From: Candidatus Krumholzibacteriia bacterium
GTDB lineage: Bacteria > Krumholzibacteriota > Krumholzibacteriia > JAJRXK01
Length of the DNA stretch: 64,000 nt
Direction of reading: 5' to 3'
Assembly: GCA_041484665.1 (NCBI GenBank)
Contig: JBGPIA010000013.1
Location: 62,323-126,322 of the forward strand
Positions 18,688 to 26,525 of this stretch are shown piece by piece. Within the stretch, counting starts at the first letter, position 1; every line of letters starts with the position of its first letter. The translations under genes were made by a program, and so were the position numbers. The notes under the pieces were generated by a model that did no database searches, was not told the DNA's origin, and saw only the letters and a list, made by a program, of their open reading frames with translations.

Positions 18688-19992
18688 GTGCCCCTGCTGT
18701 TGACCCGCTCGCCGGACGCCCCCCCGCAGACGCTGGCAGAGTACCGCGCAGCGGGGGGCTACGCGGCGCTGGCCAAGGCACTGGGCAAGGCACCAGCGAA
18801 CGCACCAGCTAGGACAGCGAGCAGCGCGCTGGCCAAGGCACCGGGCCACGCGCCCGGCAAGGCACCGGGCAACGACACAGGCGGCGCGCTGGCTGCCGAC
18901 GACGTGCTGCACGCGGTCGCCGACGCGCGCCTCCACGGCCACGGCGGGGCCGGATTCCCAACAGCAAGGAAGTGGGAGCTCGCGCGAGCAGCCACCGAAA
19001 CGCCCAAGTACGTCATCGTCAATGGCGGCGAGCACGAGCCGGGCAGCAGGAAGGACCGGCTCCTGCTCACCCAGTATCCACACACCGTGCTCGAAGGCGC
19101 GGCGCTCTGCGCATATGCCACCGGCGCGTCCACGATCTACTTCTACCTGATCGAGGACATGACCGCCGCGCGGGCGAGCGTGCAGGCTGCGATCGCCGAT
19201 GCGCGTGCGGCGCAGCTGGTGGGCGACCTCGAGTTCGAGATCACGCTCGCTCCGGCGACCTACGTCGCGGGTGAGGAGACGGCGGCGCTCGAGGTGATCG
19301 AGGGACGCAAGGCCTGGCCGCGCAAGAAGCCACCCTATCCGGGTCAAGTGGGGCTGTTCGGCAAGCCAACGACGGTCAACAACGTCGAGACGCTGGCCTT
19401 CGTGCCGGGCATCGTGCGCAATGGACCGGCATGGTTCGGCGCCGGCGCGATGCTGTGCACCCTGGACGAGAGCTTCAAGCACCCGGGCGTGGTCGAGGTG
19501 CCGCTGGGAACGAGCTTCCGCGCTCTGATCCACGACATCGGCGGGGGCACGCGCGGGGGGCGGCCGGTCCGGGCCATCCTGCCGGCAATGTCATCGGCCT
19601 TCCTGTCCGCCAGCGCGCTCGACACTCCGATGACCTACCCGGACGTGCGCAGGGCCGGCAGCAACCTGGGCTGCGGCGGGATCTCGCTCTTGGAGGACGG
19701 CCAGTGCGTGGTGGAGAAGCTGGTCGCGATCAGCGAGTTCTTCATGCGCGAGCAGTGCGGCCAGTGCCCACCGTGCCGCATGGAGACCAACACGCTGGCG
19801 GCAATCCTCAGGAAGGTCGTGGCCGGCGATCCCGGCGACTACCGCGCCCAGATCGTCAAGATCGCCGAGTTCACGCGCGGGCGCGGCAACTGCAACCTGA
19901 TCGAGATGGCCGCCGCGCCGGTGCTGTCGGCGTTGGCGCACTTCCCTGACGACTTCGAATTCCATGTCGCCCATGGGCGCTGCAGAAGCTGA
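18688..19992 (+). CDS. Stand-alone NuoF-like NAD(P)H-binding FMN/[4Fe-4S] protein (start uncertain; 18640 is an alternative)
   Basis: GHGGAGFPTARKW, NGGEHEPG, YVAGEETA, KPPYP...GKPTTVNNVETL, CGQCPPCR...GNC. Confidence 0.88.
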   Translation: MPLLLTRSPDAPPQTLAEYRAAGGYAALAKALGKAPANAPARTASSALAKAPGHAPGKAPGNDTGGALAADDVLHAVADARLHGHGGAGFPTARKWELARAATETPKYVIVNGGEHEPGSRKDRLLLTQYPHTVLEGAALCAYATGASTIYFYLIEDMTAARASVQAAIADARAAQLVGDLEFEITLAPATYVAGEETAALEVIEGRKAWPRKKPPYPGQVGLFGKPTTVNNVETLAFVPGIVRNGPAWFGAGAMLCTLDESFKHPGVVEVPLGTSFRALIHDIGGGTRGGRPVRAILPAMSSAFLSASALDTPMTYPDVRRAGSNLGCGGISLLEDGQCVVEKLVAISEFFMREQCGQCPPCRMETNTLAAILRKVVAGDPGDYRAQIVKIAEFTRGRGNCNLIEMAAAPVLSALAHFPDDFEFHVAHGRCRS

Positions 19993-20034
19993 GCTCGCCT
20001 TGGTGCCGGCCCTGCCCGCGCCGCAAGCGGACCC

Positions 20035-20913
20035 ATGAAGCCAGCCCTCGACGTCGTCATCCCGGCGGTCACCTTCCTGCTCATGGCAGTGGTGGGACTG
20101 GACCTGACGCCCGCGGATTTCGACCGAGTTCGCCGCCGCCCCGGCACGGTCGTGGCGGGTCTGCTGGGACCCCTGCTGCTGCTGCCGCCAGTCGCGCTCG
20201 CGCTGATCCACTGGCTGAGACCGGCGCCCGAGATCCAGGCCGGCCTGCTGCTCATTGTTTCCTGCCCGGTGGGCGGCATCTCGAACACCTATAGCTACCT
20301 GGCCCGGGCGTCGACGGCGCTCTCGGTGACACTGACGGCCATCTCGTGCCTGGCGGCAGTGGTCACGATGCCGTTGCTCACGCGATTCTTCGCGCTGGCG
20401 CTCCACCGGCCCTTCGGCGCCAGCGTGCCGGTGGGGCTGCTGATGGGGCAGCTGCTGGTGATGCTGGTGGCCCCGGTGGGACTGGGGATGATCGTCCGGC
20501 GGCGGGCGCCGGCCTTCGCCCGGCGACACGAGCTGCGCCTGCGCCTGGCCGCCCTGGGCGCGCTGGCCGCCCTGCTGCTGTTCGTCGTGGCGCACGAGTC
20601 GCGACGATTCGCGGCGGACGTCGCCGCTACCGCCCCGCTCGCGGCGGCGCTGGTGCTGACGGCCATGCTGGCCGGGCTACTCGTGGGACGCCTGCTGCGG
20701 GCGGGGCCGCAGGACTGCTTCACCCTCGCGGTGGAGTTCTCCACGCGCAACGTGGCGATCGCCACGGCGATCGCGATCACGCTGTTGGGTCAGGTGCGCT
20801 TCGCGGTGTTCGCTACCACTTACTTTCTGATCGAGGCGCCTCTGATGCTCGTGGCGATCGCAGTGTTCCGCCGGATCACTGCCCGCCATACAATGGCGGC
20901 GCGGCCTGGGTAG
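20035..20913 (+). CDS. Bile acid:sodium symporter (BASS) family transporter
   Basis: CPVGGISNTYSYLA...ALSVTLT; multiple TM helices; EFSTRN. Confidence 0.85.
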   Translation: MKPALDVVIPAVTFLLMAVVGLDLTPADFDRVRRRPGTVVAGLLGPLLLLPPVALALIHWLRPAPEIQAGLLLIVSCPVGGISNTYSYLARASTALSVTLTAISCLAAVVTMPLLTRFFALALHRPFGASVPVGLLMGQLLVMLVAPVGLGMIVRRRAPAFARRHELRLRLAALGALAALLLFVVAHESRRFAADVAATAPLAAALVLTAMLAGLLVGRLLRAGPQDCFTLAVEFSTRNVAIATAIAITLLGQVRFAVFATTYFLIEAPLMLVAIAVFRRITARHTMAARPG

Positions 20914-20954
20914 GTCTCCCGCAGCTTTGCCCTCGTCACCCGGAGGTGCCCGCT

Positions 20955-21356
20955 GTGACGCTCCTCTCCTTCATCTACGTGCCGCCGCAAGAGCCATCGC
21001 CGCGCGCGCGCCGCCTGCGCACGTCGATCTCCGCGGTGATCGAGCAGTTCTCCCGCGAGAATCCGGACACCACGCCGCAGGACATCCGGCAGGCCCTCCA
21101 GCTCGCAGCGCAGGCGAAGGGAGGGGGCCGGCCCGTTGTCGCGGTGGCGCTCGCCGCGGCCGCGGCCCTGCTGCTGGCCGGCGCGCTGGTGTTCTTCGCC
21201 AGCGGACGCCACGGTGGAGGTCCCGGCGGAGGTCCCGCTGGAAGCCCAGGCGCGCACCCCATCGCAGGCCAAGGCATGGGCGACTGGATCTGGGCGCTGG
21301 CGGTTGCCATCGTGCTGGTCGCCGGAGTGCTCCTGATGGTCAAGCGCAGGTCGTAG
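20955..21356 (+). CDS. Small two-TM hypothetical protein
   Basis: GGAGG RBS and GTG; two hydrophobic helices with Gly-rich linker. Confidence 0.6.
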   Translation: MTLLSFIYVPPQEPSPRARRLRTSISAVIEQFSRENPDTTPQDIRQALQLAAQAKGGGRPVVAVALAAAAALLLAGALVFFASGRHGGGPGGGPAGSPGAHPIAGQGMGDWIWALAVAIVLVAGVLLMVKRRS

Positions 21357-21439
21357 CAACGCGCCGAACGGCTAGAGCGGGGTCACTCCCCGCGCCGTAC
21401 GCCCACGCGCCACGCCGGCGCAACGCGCCGGCCGTCACC

Positions 21440-23640
21440 TCAGATCCCGATGGACAGCCGCAGCGAGATGTTGCGGCCCGGCTCCAGCGCGAACGCCTTG
21501 TACCGGCTCAGGAGATCGCGGTACTGCTTGTCGAGGATGTTGCCGACGCGCAGGTCCGCTCGCAGCGCACGCCCGGCGAACGAGCGCTCGATCCCTGTCT
21601 CGAGATTCAACAGGATGTACCCCGCCGGAGCCTCGTCGAGGGGGCTGGGGCGGTTCTGCTTGGCGACCAGGTCCACCTCGGCTCCCACCCGGGCGCGCTG
21701 CGCCCAGCCCAGCTTGGTCGAGGTCAGCTCGGCTCCCAGCACGGCGCGCCGCGGGGGGATCAGCGGCAACGGGTCGTCGGTCTGCTCGTTCGTGCCGCGC
21801 AGGAACTCCGCCCGGCCTCGCAGCGCGAGAGCGTCGAGCGCCTGGACCTCGGCACCCAGCTCGCCGCCCGTCAGCGTCGCGTCGGCCTGCTGATTCACGA
21901 ACACGGGCAGCCCGCCGCTGCTGTCACCCCGTGCCGCGGTGAAGATGTAGTCGTTGATACGATTGCGATAGAAGGACGCCTCCCCGCGCAGGCGGCCGCG
22001 TTGCCAGCGGATGCTCCCGTCGACGTTGAGGCTGGTCTCGGTCGAGAGGCGCGGATCCCCCAGCTCCCAGCGTTGCTCGCCGATCTGGGGCCCGTTCGCG
22101 AACAGCTCGAAGTAGGTGGGAGCCCGCCACGCGCGCCCGCCAACAACGTCCACTGCCCCATAACAAGCTGCTCGAAGGCGAACGCGGCCCCCGAGCTTAC
22201 GTGCGCGTCGGGCACCAGCGGCTCGGGGCCGCGCGTGTCGTTGCTCTGGTAGACGCCCGAGACGCCGAGCGTGCCGCTGAGGTGCTCGCCTTTGGCATGA
22301 TGTGCTAGCAGGTCGATGCTCTCGGTGTTGAGCAGGAGATCGAACGCGGTGGTCTCGGTCTGTTCGGCTTTGTTGATCGTCACCGTAGCGGGCGAGGTCG
22401 ACTGTCCGAACTCATCGGACAGCTCGATCAGGGAATGCCGCTGCCACTGCGCCTTCCCCTCGAAGCGCCAGATTCCTCGCAGCAGGTTTCCCACGATCTG
22501 CACGCGGTCGTCACTCAGCTTGCGCTCGGGCCCGCCCTCCTCGTGCGCGCCGCCCGTAGACGGCGGCGGGCCGCCTGCCTCCAGCAGCTTGAACTCGCCG
22601 CCGTAGTGGGAATAGCGCAGCGTGGCGTTCGCCCGGTCTCCTTGCAGCCCGACGGCGGCCTCTCCGTTGAGGGCGCCGTAGCCGGTGTTGGGAACCTCGC
22701 CTTGCGGCGTGTGCAGGTCGCTCGCGTGGCGGCCGATGCCGAACAGGCGCCATCCCAGTCGCTCATGCGCTCCCTCCACGCGCACGCCCGCGCCGAATTG
22801 GGCGTTGTTGCTGGCGCCGTACAGCTCGAGCCCCGTGCGAGTGAAGGGGCGCTGGCCCTGGGCGCTGGGAAGGCGGGCAGGAAGCACGTTCACGACACCC
22901 CCCAGCGCATCGGAGCCGTACAGGACGCTGGCGGGTCCACGGATGACTTCGACGCGCTGCGCGAGGCGCACGTCCACCGAAGGGCCGTCTTCGTCGCTCC
23001 ACGAGTAGTCCTCGAGCGGGCTGCCGTTCTCGAGCACCAGCACGCGCGCGCCGGACAGGCCGCGGATCACCGGCTTGCCGATCTGCTCGCCCGAGCTCAG
23101 GGCGCGCACGCCGGGCAGGCTCTGCAGCGCCTGCGCCAACGAGACCCCTTGCGCGCGCTCGAGGCGGTCCGGGCGCAGTTCGGACGTCGGCAACGGGGAA
23201 GCGAACGGCTGGATCGGCGAGCGCGTCGCGGTCACGTTCACTGCCGGCAGCCGGAAGGGCGTTTCGGTCAAGGTCAAGGTGAGCGTGAGCGACCGCCGTA
23301 GGTCGACCGCCCGCAAGAGCGGCGCGTAGCCCACCCGCTGCACCAGCAACTGGTAACGGCCGGCCGGGACCGGTGCGAAGCTGAACTCGCCGTTGCCGCC
23401 GGTGGTGGCGTCCAGCCCGAATTCTGCCAACACGATCCGGGCGCCCTCGATCGGCTGGCCCTGCGCATCGCGCACGCTGCCGGCGACCGTCGCGCGTTCC
23501 GCCGGCGGACTGTCGGCGCTGCGTCCGGGCGCCGAAGCTCCGCACAGCAGGAGCAGGAAGGCGAACGCGCCAACCGAGGCGAGCGCGGGCCGTCCGAGCA
23601 CCGTGCGCATCGACTTGGCCAGGCTCGACTCCATCACCAT
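21440..23640 (-). pseudogene. TonB-dependent receptor, frameshifted with probable internal deletion near 22130
   Basis: CarboxypepD_reg-like N-domain; plug KPVIRGL...RVEVIRGPASVLYGSDALGGVVN; the C-terminal barrel (WRAPTYFELFANG...EPGRNISLRL) is in a different frame. Confidence 0.8.
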
Positions 23641-23829
23641 CGTGGGCCCCGCTCTCGCTGGCGTCTTTGGAAACCGCTCGCCGCGGGGGCATGATAATAG
23701 CACAGGAAGTCGCGAGCGTGCAGTCCCCTCGGTGCACTTCCGGGGGCGCGCCGCGCCGCGTACCGGCTCCATCACCAGAAGACGCGCACCGCGAGCACGG
23801 ACCACGGGTCACGCGGTGGCGGGCTCGGG

Positions 23830-25467
23830 TCACGCGGTAACGGGCTGGTGCAGCTCCCACCATTGCTGCGCCCGCTGCGGGGTCCAGCGCTCGGGCAGCG
23901 CGCAGGCCAGCAGCATCTCGCGCAGGGCGAGCGCACTCGCAGGCCGCTTGCCGGGATCCTTCTGCAGGCACGCGAGCACGATCTCCTCCAGCGCGGGCGG
24001 GACCGGCAGCTCGGTGCGCTGCGAAGGTGGCGCCGGCTGCCGCTGCACGTGGGCGAGCAGCATCTTCATGGGCGTGTCCGCCTCGAACACGAGAGTGCCC
24101 GTCAGCAGCCAGTACGCCACGCAGCCCAGCGCGTACAGGTCCAGGCGCCCATCCACCGGCGCGTCGCCGGTGATCGCTTCGGGCGGCATGTAGGCCGGCG
24201 TGCCGCTGGTGGCGCCCTCCATCGTCACGCGCGTCTGCTCCGCATGGGCGTCGGCGTCCCACTTCACCAGCCCGAAATCGAGCACCTTCACGAAGTCGAC
24301 ATCGAGTCCCATCCGGCACACGTACAGGTTGGCCGGCTTGATATCGCGGTGGACGAGACCGGCGTGGTGCGCGTCGGCCAGCGAGTGGCAGGCCTGCGCC
24401 AGCAGATGGACGACCCGCTCGGCGGGCAGCGGCCCGAACCGAGCAACCAGTGTCTCCAGGTCCATGCCGTCGAGGAACTCCATCACGTAGTAGAACGTGC
24501 CCTCGTCGTCGATGCCGAAATCGAACAACTCGATGGTGTGGGGCGAGTGCAGGGCCGCTGTGGCCTGCGCCTCGCGCTCGAACCGGCGCAGCAGCGCCTG
24601 CGCCGGCAGACCAGGCGTCGAGCCCAGCACCTCGGGCCGTACCAACTTGATGGCTGCGGGGCGCGCCAGCATGCGGTGGCGCGCGCGCCAGACCTCCCCC
24701 ATGCCGCCGCGGCCGAGCAGCTCGAGCAGCTGGTAGGCGCCCAGCTCGCGGGCGGCCTTCACCTCCGAGCTCAGCCGGCTCACGATCTGCGAGGGGACAA
24801 CCGCGATCAGCGCAGCCACGTAGCTCCAGGCGAAGCGGAAGAACAACTCCGTGCCGGTGGGAGTCTGTTGACCGCGCAGTCTGTTGATCCCGACCACGAC
24901 GAAGTCCATGGAGACCGCGATGAGCGTTGCGACGAGCATCTTGAGCGGTGGGCTGGGAACGATCAGCGCGTAAAGCAGCACCGAGAACGCGGTGTACGAC
25001 AGCCCGTAGAAGATCACCGTACCGTGCGGGTCGATGGAGGTCTGGCAATTGATGTAGAGCGCGACGCCCAGCGCGTTCACGATCATGAAGACGAGCCCCA
25101 GATCCAGCAGGCGCGCCGGCGGCAACCGTTGCGAGCGGGCCAGCGGGAACATGGGGGCCGACAGGGCGATCCAGATGGGGGGGATCCAGTGCTGCAACGG
25201 GGTCATGATGGCCTTGGCCACGCCCGCCCTGCGCGCCAAGAGCGGGAGCGCGAACGCCACCCCCCACGTCAGCGAGCAGATCAAAGCGCAGACGGACAGC
25301 CGTCGCGCCGCGTCCTGCAACAGGTCGGCTGGGAGCGAGCTGTGTCCCAGCAGGGCCAGCGGGCCGCGGCGGGGCGCGCGCGCGTCCGCCGCAGCCGGAC
25401 CGCGGGGCGCCGCAGCGGGTCCGCTGGGCGCCGCAGCCGGCCCGCGCAGCTTCGCTGGCCCGATCAC
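23830..25467 (-). CDS. Membrane-anchored Hanks-type Ser/Thr protein kinase
   Basis: About 6 N-terminal TMs; GRGGMGEV, AIK, HRDIKPAN, DFG, GTPAYMPPE. Confidence 0.93.
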   Translation of the reverse strand: MIGPAKLRGPAAAPSGPAAAPRGPAAADARAPRRGPLALLGHSSLPADLLQDAARRLSVCALICSLTWGVAFALPLLARRAGVAKAIMTPLQHWIPPIWIALSAPMFPLARSQRLPPARLLDLGLVFMIVNALGVALYINCQTSIDPHGTVIFYGLSYTAFSVLLYALIVPSPPLKMLVATLIAVSMDFVVVGINRLRGQQTPTGTELFFRFAWSYVAALIAVVPSQIVSRLSSEVKAARELGAYQLLELLGRGGMGEVWRARHRMLARPAAIKLVRPEVLGSTPGLPAQALLRRFEREAQATAALHSPHTIELFDFGIDDEGTFYYVMEFLDGMDLETLVARFGPLPAERVVHLLAQACHSLADAHHAGLVHRDIKPANLYVCRMGLDVDFVKVLDFGLVKWDADAHAEQTRVTMEGATSGTPAYMPPEAITGDAPVDGRLDLYALGCVAYWLLTGTLVFEADTPMKMLLAHVQRQPAPPSQRTELPVPPALEEIVLACLQKDPGKRPASALALREMLLACALPERWTPQRAQQWWELHQPVTA

Positions 25468-26525
25468 GCGTACCCCCGCCCGTCACCGGATCCCGGAGCG
25501 CGGCCGACCGCTGCGCTCTCTGGCGCGGCCGCGCCTGCCTGCGCCGTGGCGCCTTGGCCAACGCTCATCCTGCTGCGCGCACCTGGAAGCGACACATGGA
25601 GCGCCGTCGTCCTGCCCTCGCCCAGCAGCTCGATCAGCGCTTTCGCCATCGCGGCCATGAAGTCCATGGCCACCTCGAAGTGATCCTCCAGGATGTCGAA
25701 GAACGCATCCACCTCGCCGCGCAGCGTCACCACCGGCGTCTGCGTGGTGGCATCGTACCAGCGTGGCCGGCCGCACAATGCCTCGAGCGCTCCCATGGGA
25801 AAGCCCGCCCCGACGCGAAAGCGCTGGCGGCCGCCGTCTCCGACGCACTCCACCTCGCCGCACACGACCATATAGAGGAAGTCCGCGCGATCTCCCTGCC
25901 GCCACAGTTGCGCCCCCTGGTCGAAGCGCACCTCCTCCAGCTGACGCGCCAGCTCCGCGAGGGCGTCGAGGCTGCTCTTCTGGAAGTGCTCGACCTGGCG
26001 CAGCAGCACCATGCGCTCGACCAGGTCCAGCGGGCGCAGCGGGCACTTCAGACCCTCCGGGGCGGGTGCGGGCAGCCCGAGGTCGCCGGGCAGCTTGCGC
26101 AGCACCTCCAGCAGCTGGGAGCACGTTCCGCGCAGATCGCGCAACAGGATCGAGAAATTGTCCTCAAACAGGTTGGAGATCAGATCGGCGTCGAACTCCA
26201 GCGCCAGCACGTCGGTCTCGGCGATGGCGTCGATTCCGGTCTCCTCGCGCGCCAGGAAACTCAGCAAGCCCACGCGCTCCTGCGGCCCGGCGACGCCATA
26301 CTCGTGCCCCTGCCCGCGGACGCGCACGCGTCCCTCGACCACCAGGTAGAACGACTCGACGCGGCGGCCCTCGCGCAACAGGTAGCTGCCACGCGAATAG
26401 AGCCGCTCGCGGGTGTTCTGCGCCACCACGGCCAGCTCGGCCGCCGGCAGGCCGGCCAAGGCCGGCAGCGACCGCAGGTACAAGACCAGGTCGCGCGGGC
26501 CGACGAAGCGCATCCGATCGGTCAT
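25464..26525 (-). CDS. Tandem cyclic-nucleotide-binding (Crp-type cNMP) domain protein
   Basis: Two cNMP-like domains (LLREG....FYLVVEGRVRV; WRQGDRADFLYMVVCGEV..GALE....PRW); ATGA and GTGA coupling on both sides. Confidence 0.85.
   Translation of the reverse strand: MTDRMRFVGPRDLVLYLRSLPALAGLPAAELAVVAQNTRERLYSRGSYLLREGRRVESFYLVVEGRVRVRGQGHEYGVAGPQERVGLLSFLAREETGIDAIAETDVLALEFDADLISNLFEDNFSILLRDLRGTCSQLLEVLRKLPGDLGLPAPAPEGLKCPLRPLDLVERMVLLRQVEHFQKSSLDALAELARQLEEVRFDQGAQLWRQGDRADFLYMVVCGEVECVGDGGRQRFRVGAGFPMGALEALCGRPRWYDATTQTPVVTLRGEVDAFFDILEDHFEVAMDFMAAMAKALIELLGEGRTTALHVSLPGARSRMSVGQGATAQAGAAAPESAAVGRAPGSGDGRGYA

Noticed and set aside
18113..19992. Respiratory complex I (nuo) operon
   Set aside because: No other nuo subunits present; context is the box cluster
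23641..23760. Zur/Fur box upstream of the TonB receptor
   Set aside because: Only a -10-like TATTAT is visible; no convincing palindrome
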